A DNA stretch of 64,000 nucleotides, taken from NCBI GenBank assembly GCA_964199315.1, contig OZ116701.1, forward strand, positions 28,210,001-28,274,000, written 5' to 3'. The stretch's first letter is position 1. Each line of letters opens with the position of its first letter. The notes under the pieces were generated by a model, which ran no database searches, had not been told where the DNA came from, and saw nothing but the letters and a program-made list of their open reading frames with translations. The stretch comes from Orbicella franksi (lineage: Eukaryota). The position numbers were made by a program, and so were the translations under genes. Positions 48,884 to 62,538 of the stretch are shown piece after piece.

Positions 48884-49357
48884 AATATGTTCCTCGAAGC
48901 TCGCATTTTTCCTCAAGCCTCGCCCTCGGAAAATTGTTCGTTTCTCGGAACAGATAATGTCCAAGGACAAACATCCGAGCTTATAATCCATTAAATATTT
49001 TGGCTCTCGCGCGATTGGTTTAAACGCGTCACGTGCCTGAAAACTGGGGAATATCACCCGGATATTTCCCAATTTTAAAAACCGCGCGAAAAACATTTAA
49101 AGGATAATAAAGCCAACGGTATTCGTCCTTGAATATTATCTGTTCCTCAAAGTTCACAGTTTTCCTGGAGCTCCGCTCTCGGAAAACTGTTCGCTTCTCG
49201 GAACAGATAACATCCGCGGACAAATATTCGAGCAACCGAGGCTATTGTTTACTTTCCCGCCAAATGGAGGTGTTGAGGCTGTCAATGAAAAAAAAATCTG
49301 GGTACGAGCAAAATCCTCGCCCCAGATCTAATCGGCTAGCCGACGAGTTAGGACAAT

Positions 49358-52300
49358 ATGGCGGCCATACCTGGGTTTTTGCATTTTTACAGCTCGAAAG
49401 ACTATTGTACCATCAGTTTAGTGCAGATCTTGGCAGCTTGGACGGCTGTCGCTGTTTCAAATTATGCTTCGCCATCCACGTCATTGATAACAAGCACAGC
49501 AGTGTCACTGAGGCTGTTTTGTATGGTGTTCTCTGTGTTATGTTTCACTCTCATTCGGATGAAATCGCGGATAAAATTGACGGTATGTTACAATTCATCC
49601 TTTTTCCGATTAGTTATTACAGTTTAATGACATTATTTAAAGATGGTATGAAAAAAATGTTCGTAAATGATGAGGTACGTAAGAAAAAGAAAAACAAGGA
49701 AAATTATAATGCTCAAGCATGTACCAAATTTGGCCACATTAGCTAATATTAATAATTTGATAAGGATAATCTATTAACCAACCAAATATATTAAAATGGC
49801 TTCTTGTAACTAAATAATAAAAATATCATTATTGAGGGGAATTTAACACAGTGATACATGCATAGTTTTATTTCATTTGAATGGTTTATATTAAATCATT
49901 AACTGTTATTATTATATGGCTTTGTCTCACAAGGACTGGAAACTACCGAATTCACGAATTTGATTGTCTGCGGTCTAGATTTTCCCATTTAGACTAGCAT
50001 CTCGACCGATCACATTTTGCCATGAAAAAGTTGCAAACTAAATACAAAAATATTGACTATTTTCTTCCAAAATATTAGTTCCAGAAAATATTCATATTAT
50101 GGAAGTACGAAGCCTGATGAGGAAAAAGGTAAAGAGGACAAGTTTGGCAGAATTAAGTTCAGCTCATCATCATTCGCAAGCAAAATGTCAGCTAGTACAA
50201 ACCAGTTACATTAAACGAATTAATTTTTTCTTGTTTGCCATATAATAAACATCTTATTAACCGAGCTTAGTCGATCTGTATGTGAGAATTTTGACCTCAG
50301 TCGTGTGTACAGACCTCACTGCATTCGGTCTGTACTCTCAAACTCGGTCAAGATTCTCCCATACAGACCTTCTGCTCGGTTAATAAGAGCTAATTAATTT
50401 TGGTACCCCGCTGATACAATACTAGAAATGTGCATCTTATTTTTCACAGATATGGCACGTTGTCAAACTGATCATATTGGTATTTGGATCAGCAGCAGTA
50501 TTCCATCTTATTGCTATATTGTTTGGAGCTTCAATCTTGGAGTAAGTCTCTGTTTAAATAATGTTATGAAATCTATGTGAAATATCAAGGGTATATAATC
50601 TTAAAGGCCTGGGCATCAGGCAGATATTACCTTATCATCTAGTCCTCTGCACACATTGCAGACGCTGTGACCTTTACAAAATTGGCCTCCTGCTGTGCAC
50701 TCGTCCGATTTTGAATTTACCTGTCTGATCACTCCCTAAATTGTAATCAATTACTATATATCTAGCGGTTTTCATTTGACTGTTGAAAAGTAATTGGTTT
50801 TGCATTACTGCGCTAGATGATTGGCCAAAAAAAACCTTGCGCCACTTTCTCAAACAATCAGAAGTCAAACCAAAACCAGTCTTGACTTGCTTGCACACAT
50901 TTTCCCGTGCTTCTAGTCAGCCACATGTATTTTACTTTGAGTTTTGATGGGTTCAAGTCCTGTATTGCCTGTCCTTTGTGACTGGCAGGAGTGACTTTGG
51001 TTTTGGTTTTATAACACCCAATTGAAAACCATTCTGACTATAAGTAGTAATAAAATACCAGTTGCCAACCCCTGATACTGACTGTAATGTCCTAAATATA
51101 TATATTTTTTATATATTTTCGTTTCTAATGTTGTGTCACAAGGGTATATAAAGTTTGAACTGTATCGGGTATATATCATGAAGATGCAGCACTTGAGTGT
51201 TTACTAATTGCATGTTAATAGTTAACTGAGTGTCGAAGGCAAAATCGTCATGTTTGATTCAAGATCAGAGTCAAAGCAGTCTCTATTATTTTTATATAAT
51301 TTGAGTAATTCTGGGAGTACAAAAATAGAAAATCAACATACAATTTACCAATCCTCACTGATGTGCTAAATTTCATTTTTTTTTTAACAGACAGAGTGAA
51401 GAGACGTTCTGTTGGGCCTTACTGATGTCTCTTCTGGTTGTCCTTCCTGCCTGTAGTTTGCTAGGAGCACAGATGGAACTCGTACCAAGGATATTTTTCA
51501 GTGCCTGGTCAGTACACCATAATGCCTTTATATACATTGTACATGTATCTTCACAAGGTTTAGAACATGTGAAATTGCACACAATTTGCTGGTAAATTTT
51601 TTCTTCGAAAGAAAGTTTTTCTAGCAAAACTAACAAAAAATGAATAAAATGACAAAACTAGCAAAAAATGAAAAGCTTTTTGGGCAACATTTCTATTTAA
51701 TATTATCAATACATGTAATTTATCACATGTAATATTTAACAGATGTCTGTCTGTGAAAGTTATGATGTCTCCATGTCCTGGTCACCATTAGGGGATATTT
51801 ACTTTTGAAAACTTGTATGATGCAAGTTATACACCAATTTCCACTGACAATGTGATCTCATACCACATTTACATTTGCGATGTGACTCACACAATCCCAT
51901 CTTGAATGAGAATTTGAAAACTCTGCATGTACCACCCATTCTAGTCAAGTAGGAGACTGATTTTACACTGAAAGGAGTAGTTATTCTTGCTTTGCATGAT
52001 AGTGACTCAAAACTTCATACTTGGTGAGTGACTGGGGTGAGCTCCAACTGTTTTGTTCTTGTGAGAGTGACATTTGTGATGATACATGTAAGATATTTTG
52101 TGGACAAATGGAGGTTGTGCGGCAATATTTAGAAACTATGAATGTCTCTCGCAAAATGGCTTCAGGCAAGTTGGGTCGACTTTCATTTGACTGCACCGGT
52201 CATGACAACCTGTGTCGGGATGAGAAGATCACCCTCTACAATATTCTCTATGAAGTTGTCAGATGGAGTTGCTGGAGTCTCTCGCAAAATAACTTCCAGT

Positions 52301-53933
52301 GTGTCTGGTCGCTCACCACGGTCACCTTAGTCTATCCGAATTATTTTGTGTGTATTGGACAACCCTCCTAGACTGAGAACCACAAGATGGAACCAAGAAG
52401 AATTTGATCTACCATGAAAGTCTTGTTTGTATGATGTAAACTCCCTTCTCAGGCACCTTGTGAAGAGAACCAATTGAGGCATTTCCACATGTAGAAGGAT
52501 GTACCACAGGACCTTGTGTGAACTTTTTCTTTAGTTTTAATTCACTTTGTATGAACTTGATTTGAAATAAATAAATAATCTTTGATGAGGAGGCCTACAT
52601 CACAAAGTAGTTTACAGAAGGGTCCTCTATCAAGGTTAAACAAAAACAAATCTAGGAAAAATGAGCTGCATTTTATAAAAATAATATATAACAATACAGA
52701 ACTAAGAATATAAACGTTTCAAAACAACTTATCAAAGTGATTGTTTTGACAGGTCCGATGCCACACCTGAAGCATATTTCCAGTGTTCCATCGTATTTAC
52801 ACTGATAGGAGCATGGCTGGGTGCTTTTCCAATTCCCTTGGACTGGGACAGGCCCTGGCAGGTGAGGCAAGGGGGGGACTGTATTCATTCTCATACATAT
52901 CATAACGATATAGATGTTCTTCAAGCTCATAGCCGGAGGGGGGTTGGGGTGGAGGGGGGGTGGGTGGTGTTCACCATGAGACATGCATAAGCAGCACCAT
53001 GCAGTTGCCTAATGTCCTTAAAGTAAATGTAGTACCTTGGTACCTGGAAAGTTTCCTGACAAATGCTGCAAATTTACAAGATCTTACTGCATCTCTTTTT
53101 GTTGCTTATGCTTGAGTTTTTGCACTAGTGAAACCAGCCTATAAATGGCAAGTGAATTATTCTGGTGTGAAAGATAAATGATAACTGTAGTTGCTTGTGG
53201 CCCCCCTGTCCAGTGGACATCCAGGATATTCTGAATATTGTGAAAGATCATGTTAAGACTTCCAGGCGTAGGAAATAACATGAACATGCCACAAGTACAA
53301 CCAGTAGCTACAAACTTAAAGCTAAGAAACTTGAGAAACCAGCTGCATAAGCTGTAGTCACACCACTCTGTCACTTTTGGCTATGCACAACAACAAACTA
53401 TGTAAATTAGCCAGGGTAAAAACCGGTTATACATCGTCCGTGACAAGACTTGCTTGTAATGGATACTTAAAGGATCAAAGTGCTCTATGATTTAACCCGT
53501 GAATTTCCCAGTGAATGGTGACTGATGTGAGCTAACCTTTGTGAAATGTTCATAACAAAATAAGTCCGCATTGCGGACATGTGTGGCTTGCTGGTTATTC
53601 TTATTACACAAGTTACTTTATTGACTTCTGGCTATACTTGTTAGTACAGCAGCCTTTAAAACCAAGTGTTCACTTCTTTAGTACCTCAATGTCGATTGAT
53701 TTTTTGTGCATACTACATGCAGTACGGTCTCGGTAGCTTCCTTGGGCAATATACGGGTTAAAAATATGAAGACTCACCGAACTAAGTATTTGTGAATGAG
53801 TTATGGATTTCTTGATTTCTTTTAGGTTTGGCCCATTCCGTGTGCGATTGGAGCCATAGTGGGTTATATTGTCGGGCTTGGGGTTTCAACAGTGACGTAT
53901 ACTATGAATGAAGATAGATTCCGACCGCGATAA
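49358..53933 (+). CDS. PIGF: Phosphatidylinositol-glycan biosynthesis class F protein (GPI ethanolamine-phosphate transferase subunit), 5 exons, 216 aa
   Basis: Exons 49358-49582, 50450-50541, 51391-51507, 52753-52861, 53826-53933 join in frame (651 nt). Hydrophobic protein with the signature [32 protein letters not shown]. Confidence 0.93.
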
Positions 53934-55081
53934 AACCAAAGTTCATCTGGTTCCAATGTTTGATCTGCATTACGATAGTGCCGCTCCACTGAGCCAGCGG
54001 AGTTGAAGACAGGAGCGTGCAGTGGAAAAATCAAAGCAGCTCACTTCTACTGAAATGCGACTTTGTTATCGAGTTCATTTGTCATGTGGGTCTCGGTTAC
54101 GAGTTTGACAATGCGCTGTGAGCTCTGTTGAGTTTAGCCCACATCTTTCATGAATTGATGGAGAGACTTTGCTCGAGTTTTTCCTTGGGTGAATGCTTAA
54201 GGTCGGCACACACTTAGGGACATGTTGCTAGGACGTGAAGCGGACACAAGCCCCTGCCGCCGTGTGTACGCATTGGACAGTACCCAACTTGGTGCACACG
54301 AAGATGGGGATGTCGGCTCATTTCTGTTGTATCGGGTACGGTTTGCCAAAGTAGTCCACACGTTTTGAGATTGAAAATTGAGGTCTGCTCCATGACACAC
54401 GAATTCAAACCAGCTGATTATGTACAACCGTCTGAACTTTTCCGTTAACCTGCGATCAGGCCTTCTTTCTTTTTCCCTTCCCCGTTCGCCGGAAGACGGG
54501 CTTGTCACACGAGGAAAACTGTCGTTGCAGCATGTCCCCGCTTCGTGTCGTCTAGTGTTTGCCGATCGTAACAAATTTAGTGAGAAAATATTGTTACAGT
54601 ATCTGGAAACAAATTAACTAGAAATAAAAGGGTTTTTATGATTTAACGTGAATTGTATGGTCAGAGTATTCAGTGGCAGCTGCACGTGAAAGGTTTTGAG
54701 GACATCGTTAGAGAGGTGTAGACTTTTCAAAGAGAAAGAAGCAGCATGTGGGCAGTTTATGGGGTTTGAGTGGATAAAACGTATTTAAGTAGAGGAGAAG
54801 CACTGTAATGAGTACATGTAAGAACTCCGTGAGATAAAAACAGTAAGTCTTTCATCTGACATTATGGTCAATATCCTTCCTTTTTGATGTATATTTCTCA
54901 TGTTCTCTTTTTAGCTGTTCGAGTTTAAATATGACTACAGAGATTGCATTCTCTTTCGTAGTTCTACCACGGCTGACGTCTACGATCTACTTCATGTATT
55001 AGCCATTTCGTTTCCATCACTTAATAAACGTGAGATATCATATGTTCAGCATGTCATATGTTCATCACTTCACCAGCATAA

Positions 55082-55364
55082 GGCCCCGATCACAATACGC
55101 AGGAGAAATTTGAAAACGGCGTTTTCACTCTGAAAACGCATCAAATGTTTTCCGTCCACACTACGCAGGAGAAATTTGAAATGGCAGCAATCACCGGTAA
55201 TTTTGGGTGTGTGTTAGAGAAAAACTCGGGCAAGGAAATCATGATTACCGTGACGTCCACAATGAAACATAAAGCCGGTGGTTTCAAATTCGTCCAGTTT
55301 GAAGAGAGTTTTTGAAAAGCTGCGTTTTCATGACGGAGTTCTCCAACATAGTGTGCACGGTGCC
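55082..55364. mobile_element. PIF/Harbinger-like MITE
   Basis: TIRs ggccccgatcaca / tgtgcacggtgcc with TAA on both flanks (55079-55081, 55365-55367). Confidence 0.65.
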
Positions 55365-55925
55365 TAAGTAGACCTCAACTGATTGATTATCAAAATTCTG
55401 ACCTACAAATTATGCTTGATCACTGCCTAACTAAAATACATGAAAAAAAATAAATAAACAAATTAAAAAAATAAAATACATAACACAGAGGAAGACAGCA
55501 CATGAATGCTGATAGTTGTATGAAGATCAAAAGCACCCTCGTGCAGGAAAAACACCGGCATTTAATATCTTCCGGGTTTGTGTTTGTTGAACATCAGCTG
55601 AAAGTGGGAGGGGGATCTCTATTCAGAAGTTGCATTTTGACATAAGAACTCTGACTCGTGCTGTACTTTGCTGTAGGGAAATTATCGACCTCGTCAGCAA
55701 CGAAAACTAACCATCAACGATAATTTGAAGAATTGACCCGCTTGTTTCTATTCCGTTGCTGATGAGGTCCGGCCGCGGGTTGTCGCGTGGTTGAATAGCG
55801 CACTTTATATCGGCGATTTGAGGCCTCAAATATCGGAATTCAGAGACGAGAAAAAAAGGGTAAAGTAGCTAATTTATCGGCGAAGTCGTTTCTGGCAGAA
55901 AAATCACCGTGGCCTAACTTTCACG

Positions 55926-57414
55926 TTGATTTTGAACAATCGATTTGGCAGGTTTGTGTTCGGTCTTCTAAATAGGAGCGAAACAAACGCAAAGCAAGTC
56001 CACGAAGTCCGTACGAACGACGCTTGAATAAGAGAATCTCATGGTCGACTGTGTCAAATGCCTTCTTTAAATCTAAGAAAACAACGGCACTGATCAATCC
56101 ACGTACGGTCAATATTAAGAGCCCAGCTATCGGTTGCCTCGAGTAGAGCCGTAACCGTCGAGTGAACTGCAGAGAAACCGGACTGATGTTTGGAAAGAAG
56201 ATTATTTTTCGTAAGATAGACATACATTTGATCCTAGATTATCCGCTCAAAAACTTTTGCTACCACGGGCAGAATTACTGAAAAGGCACGATTCTAGGCC
56301 CGCTCTTATTCTTAGTCTATATTAATGATTTACCGCAGTGCCTTAATTTTTCCCATCCTCGAATGTACGCTGACGATACCAGTATTACTTACGCGGGCAA
56401 AGATTTAAACGAAATTAATGACTGTCTTAACAAAGATTTAAAATCTGTAAATACCTGGTTGTCTTCTAATAAGGTCACATTGAACCTGACTAAGACCGAA
56501 TTCTTAATATTAACCTGAAGGCAAAGGCGAGTTTACTTGTCAGACAATCCGTCTCTTACCATTAATAATTTTCCCATTGAGCAGGTGTCTTTAACAAAAT
56601 CTCTCGGTGTATACATTGATGAAAACTTAAGCTAGAATACCCACATTGAAAGTGTTTGTAAGAAAATTTCTTCAGCTTTAGGCTTAATTAAGCGCATCAG
56701 AAATTTCGTACCATTCTACACTCTTTTGAACATCTTCAATGGTTTGGTTAAGCCCCAGTTTGACTACTGCAGCTTAGTATGGGGATCCTGCAGCATAAGC
56801 CCGTCTCGCCGAAAAACTTCAGAAGCTGCAAAACCGTGATGCCCGTATATTGTTGTCTGCCCCTTATGATTCTAGTGCTACAGACCTGTTTCGTAGACTT
56901 AATTGGAAAAACCTAAGGAATCAGAGGCTTTTTACCAAAGCCAGTATGATGTTCAAAGCTTTAAATGGAGAAACACCTGATTATTTATCAAATAAATTCA
57001 TCTTTCGTAATTATACAACTAGTTATAGATTAAGAAATAGCGAAATGAGGCTGGGAGTTCCTCAACCTCGCACCGATTATGTTCGTAAAAGTTTCTCTTA
57101 TAGCGGTGCCGCGTTGTGGACTAGCCTTCCAACTGATATTACAATATCTAACACATTAAGTAACTTCAGTTTTGAGTGAATTAACGACACGGCGTCCCTG
57201 AAAAGAAGTACTTTTGTTTTCAATCATTTCAGGCTATTGAAATAGGTAGTTAGCTCAGTTCGTTTAGATTGGGTCAGTTTGCTTAGATTAGGCATTTATT
57301 CTTTGTAATTACTTTTATAATGATTATATTGTTTAATTTATACATTTGTAGATATTTTTGCTTGTATACAACTGAGTGGAATTTACCGTGCATAAATAAA
57401 GTGATCTATCTATC
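55926..57414 (+). mobile_element. Degenerate L2/CR1-type LINE with 5' inversion
   Basis: 55926-~56270 (-) gives VAKVFERII..HQSGF..VFLDLKKAFDTVDH..CQIDCSKST. ~56280-57180 (+) gives GTILGPLLFLVYINDL..YADD... Tail aaataaagtgatctatctatc. TSD TTCACG at 55920-55925 and 57415-57420. Confidence 0.85.
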
Positions 57415-58589
57415 TTCACGAGATTTCTCGCCGTCGAAAGTGAACCCGGTCCTGCGAAGACTCCAACCTTCGCTTCGCTTCTTGGGGTGGAAAACCAACC
57501 TGCTCACAAAAAGCCTCAAATTTTTAAAGTTATTTTTGGTCAGCTCATAAATAGGGTGGGAAAAACGCAAATATTGGTCATAACCAGGGTGAGGGTTTTG
57601 GAACGTGCGCCGTACACCCTCACTCAACTTTACTGGAAGTACCCCCCGTTCCCCCCCTCCCCGTATCATTTCACCTTTAATAACTCGAACCATATGCATG
57701 TTGGTCAATATGTGACAGCTCAAAACAATCAGTACTGTATTCCCGGCAAAACATTGAAACTACTGGTCGCATGAACGGTCCATGAACTCTGTGGCAGTGG
57801 CCCGACGTTGCTTCTTTTGAAACCCGCAAAGTTCGCAGTGAATGGACTTCCGATCTCCTGTTGCTTTGCTTTGCTTTGTTCTGTTTCACGTTACGTATAT
57901 AATTCAATTTGATTAAACTTAACACTGTATGAATAGACACACAAAAGCAGAAATATGGTAAACACTGTTTTTTTCTTATTTTCGGCCCTTTGTTCTCGAC
58001 TCCCGATAACTTTAACTTCCAATAACTCGAACGTTTTTCAATTTTCCTTGAAGGTTCGAGATATCAGGAGCCGACTGTACATCGCCTGAGGGACCAATCA
58101 CGGACAAAGTCAATAGTTCTTCTTATCAGAATGACTAAAACTTAGTTTTAGTCATTTTGATACTTAACCATTTTACTTAATTAACCATTTTTATAACCTC
58201 AGTTAATAGTAGTATTTTTAATCCTAGTTCTAGTTTTAAACCTTAGTTTTAGTCTCACGTTTTTAGCTTTTATTACTTCTGTATGTTAGACATTTAATGT
58301 ACGTTTTAGACTTTTATATCGGAGGACACTCCTGAAAACCACCTCTAGGTGATTGGAGGCCTCCTCTTAAAATATTAATCTATTATTATAATTATTACAT
58401 TAGTAGTTTCTCTTCTGCTCTATTGTTTTCAATAAACCCCTACTGCTCAAACCTAATCTAAATTAATCATGTCATTTTGAGCAGGGAATTTTTCTTGAGT
58501 ATTGTTCCAAGGTCCATGTGAACACCAGTTTTTTAGTGCTGTTTTTAACATAACCAATGAACACAATTATTTGTGTCCAAGAAACACCC

Positions 58590-59960
58590 ACCTTTTTCCA
58601 AGTGTGACCCATTTTTGCAAGTGTGACCCTCTTTTTTTCCGAGTGTGACCGAGTTTTTTAAAGTGTGACCCAATTTTCAAAATGTGTGACCCATTTTTCC
58701 AAGTGTGGCCCATTTTTCAAAGTGTCGCCTATTTTTCCAAGTTTGACACTTTTCTTCAACTGTGACCTTTAATCCAAGTGTGACCCATTTTTCTGGATGT
58801 CACTCACTTTTCCAAGTGTGACCCATTTTTCCGAATGTCACCCACTTTTCCAAGTGTGACCCATTTTCCCAAGTGCCACCCATTTTTAAAAGTGCAACCG
58901 TGTTTTCCAAGTTTAACGATTTTTCCAAGTTTAAGCCTTATTTCGAAGTGTGTTCCCCTTTTTTCCAAGTGTGGCCCATTTTTCCAACTGTGATCCATGT
59001 GACACTTTGTGTGACCCATTGTTCCAAGTTTGACCATTTTTCCAAGTAAGACCCTTTTTTCCAAGTGTGACCCGTTTTTCCAAGTGTGACCCATTTTTCT
59101 AAGTGTAAACCATTTTTCTAAGTGTGACCCATTTTTCCGTGTTTGACCCTTTTTTTCAGGTGTGTCCCTTTTTTTCCAAGTGTGGCCCACTTTATCAAGT
59201 GTGGCCCATTTTCCAAGTGTGACCCTTTTTCCAGGTGTGACCTCTTGTTCCAAGTTTGACCTTTTTTCCAACGGTGACTCTTTTTTTCAAAAGTGATCCG
59301 TTTTTCCAAGTGTTACCCATTTTTATAAGTGTGACCTATGTTTCAAAGTGTGATCCATTTTTCCAAGTGTTATCTATTTTTCCAAGTGTGACCCATTTTC
59401 CGGGAAGGTTGACCCTTTTATTCAAGTGTAACCCAATTTTCCAAGTGTGACCCACTTTTCTAAGTGTAATTCATTTTTCCAAATTTTACCATTTTTAAAA
59501 GTGTGACCCATTTTTCCAAGTGGGACAACTTTTACAAGTGTGACCCTTTTTTTCTAAGTTTACGGATTTTTTCAAGTGTGACCTTTTTTTCTCATGTGAC
59601 CTATTTTTCCACGTTGACCAATTTCTTCAATGGTGGCCCATTTTTAAATTGTGACCCTTTCTTCCATTTGTAACCCTTTTTTCTAAGTGTGACCCATTTT
59701 TCGCAGTGTAACCCATTTTTTCATGGGTGACCCTTTCTTCCAAGTGTGACCCATTTTTCTATGTGTGACCCATTTTTACAAGTGTGATCCTTCTCTCCAA
59801 GTGCGACCAATTTTTCCGAGTGTGATAGTTTTTACAAGTGTGACCATTTTTACAAGTGTGTCCCTTTCTTCCAAGTGTGACCGATTTTTTTCAAGTGTGA
59901 AATTTTCTCCAAGTGTGATCCATTTTTCCACGCGTGACCTGCTTTTCTAATTGTGACCCA
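58590..59960. repeat. Minisatellite, ~21-bp unit (ttttccaagtgtgacccat), roughly 60 copies
   Basis: Continuous degenerate ccaagtgtgaccc-(t)n units. Confidence 0.95.
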
Positions 59961-62538
59961 AAGTATTCTTACGGGGCTATTTAAAAATGCTAGATTTGGC
60001 CCTCACCCAAATCTGCACACGTGTATTTCACTTATGGAAGGCTGTCGCTTTGGACAATTCTTGGGATGGAGATTCTCTCCCATTTATATTTTTTCTCGTA
60101 CGTGTTTTCGCGCGTTTAGAAATGCGCCACATTCGTTATTTTGGTATCGTGATCTTAAACTATGCTTACTGGACTTTTTAAAGATGCTATATTTGGCCCT
60201 TTCTTAAATCTACACACGTGTATTTCACTTGTGGAAGTCTGTCGCTTTGTACAATGCCTGGTTTTAAGATTCTCGCCCATTTATATCTTGTTTTTACTCG
60301 CGTGTTTTCGCGCGCTTAGCGATGCGGCACATTCGCGTTTTGGGTATGAGGATCCCAAACTATGCTAGTTTTGGCCCTCCACCAAATCTAGAGAAATGTA
60401 TTTCACTTGTGGAAGTCTATCGATTTGGACAGTGCTTAGGTTGGAGATTCTCGCCCAAATCAACTTTCTTTTTCCTCGTAACTTCTCGCGCGTTTAGACA
60501 TGCGCCACACTCGCGTTTTAGGCGCGGGGATCCCAACCAGTTCTTACCTAACTTTTTAAAGATGCTACTTTTAGCCCTCCCCCAAATCTACACACGTTGA
60601 TTTCACTTGTGGAAGTTTAGCGATTTGGACAGTACTTGGGTAAGAGATTCTCGCCCATATACAGTTTCTTTTCTCTCGTAAGTCTTAGCGCATTTAGAGA
60701 TGCACCACACTCGCGTTTTAGGTGCGAGATGCCCAACCAATGCTTACCTAACTTTTTAAAGAAGCTTCTTTTAGCCCTTTCCCAAATCTACACACGTGTA
60801 TTTCACTTGTGGAAGTCTATCGATTTTGGACAATGTTTGGGTGAGAGATTCTCGCCCATATCAACTTTCTTTTCTCTAGTACGTTCTCGCGCGTTTAGAG
60901 AAGCGCCCCACTCGCGGTTTTGGTGTCGGGATTTCAAACTATGTTTACTGGACTTTTTAAAGATGCTAGATTTAGCCTTTTCTCAAATCTAGACACGTGT
61001 ATTTTATTTGTGGTTATCTGTCGCTTTGGATAATGCTTGGGTTGGAGATTCTCGCCCATTTATTTTTTTTTTTCTGTCGCTTGTTTTCGAACGTTTAGAG
61101 ATGAGCCACACTTGATATTTTGGTGTCCGCATCTCTAAACGCGCGGAACTTACTAGCGAAAAGAAAGTTGATATAGGCGAGAATCTCTTACCCAAGTACT
61201 GTCCAAATCAAAAGACTTCCACAAGTGAAACACACGCGTGAAGATTTGGGGGAGGGCTAAGAGTAGCATCTTTAAAAAGTTAGGGAAGCATTGGTTGGGA
61301 TCCCCGCACCTAAAACGCGAGTTAGGCGCATCTCTAAACGCTCCAGAACTTACGAGAGAAAAGAAAGTTGATAGCGGCGAGAATCTCTCACCCAAGCACT
61401 GTCCAAATCGATAGACTTCCAGAAGTAAAATACACGTGTGTAGATTTACGGGAGGACTAAATTTAGCATCTTTAACAAGTCGTGAGAACTTACTAGAGAG
61501 AAGAAAGTTGATATGGGCGAGAATCTCTCACCCAAGCACTGTCCAAATCGATAGACTTCCACAAGTGAAATACACGTGTGTAGATTTGGGGGAGGGCTAA
61601 AAGTAGCATCTTTAAAAAGTTAGGTGAGCATTAGTTGGGATTCCCGCACCGAAAACGCGAGTGTGGCGCATCTCTAAACGCGCGAGAACTTACGAGAGAA
61701 AAGAAAGTTGATATGGGCGAGAATCTCTCACCCAAACACTGTCCAAATCGATAGACTCCCACAAGACAAGTGAAATACACGTGTGTAGATTTGGGGGAGG
61801 GCTGAAACTTGCACCTTTAAAAAGTTAGGTAAGCACTGGTTGGGATTCCCGCACCTAAAACGCGAGTGTGGCGCGTCTCCAAACGCGCCAGAACTTACGA
61901 GAGAAAAGAATGTTGACACGGGTGAGAATCTCCAACCTAAGCACTGTTGAAATCAATAGACTTCCACAAGTGAAATACGTTTGTGTAGATTTGGTGGAGG
62001 GCCAAAACTAGCATTTTTAAAGAGCCTTGTACGCATAGTTTGGGATCCCCGCACCAAAAACGCGAGTTTGCCGCATTACTAAACGCGCGAAAACACACGA
62101 GTGAAAAAAAGATGGGCGAAAATCTTTAACCCAGGTATTGTCCAAAGCAACAGACTTTCACAAGTGAGATACACGTATGTAGATTTGAGAAAGGGCCAAA
62201 TCTAGCGTCTTCAAAAAGTCCAGTAAGCATAGTTTAAGATCCCGACACCAAAACCGCAAGTGTGGTCCATCTCTTAACGCGCGAGAACTTACGAGAGAAA
62301 AGAAAGTTGATATAGACGAGAATCTCTTACCAAAGTACTGTCCAAATCAATAGACTTCCACAAGTGAAATACACGTGTGTAGATTTGGGAGGGGGGGGGA
62401 GGGGGGGGGGCTAAAAGTAGCATCTTAAAAAAGTTAGGTAAGCATTGGTTGGGATACCCGCACCTAAAACGCGAGTGTGGCGCATCTCTAAACGGGCGAG
62501 AACTTACGAGAGAAAAGAAAGTTGATAGGGGCGAGAAT
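59961..62538. repeat. ~200-bp satellite array, forward 59961-61127 then inverted 61128-62538
   Basis: cttacctaactttttaaag recurs at 60543 and 60743 (200-bp period). Reverse-complement monomers begin at 61128. Confidence 0.93.

Noticed and set aside
49149-49746. 205-aa ORF overlapping PIGF exon 1 in another frame
   Set aside because: It starts inside an interspersed repeat and runs into the intron. The hydrophobic MAA frame at 49358 splices in phase with the PIGF exons.
52021-52371. 116-aa intronic ORF as a nested gene
   Set aside because: No clear identity. At most a faint resemblance to a decayed RTE-type LINE C-terminus, too weak to call.
54197-54617. ORFs downstream of PIGF as a separate gene
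   Set aside because: No recognisable homology in any frame; more likely 3' UTR or intergenic sequence.
55688-55769. CTGATGAGGTCC as a hammerhead
   Set aside because: It is one arm of a 16-bp inverted repeat in an interspersed element, with no GAAA core half.
58590-62538. CRISPR-like array or repetitive protein-coding ORFs
   Set aside because: Degenerate head-to-tail repeats without unique spacers in a eukaryotic context. The ORFs are repeat translations.
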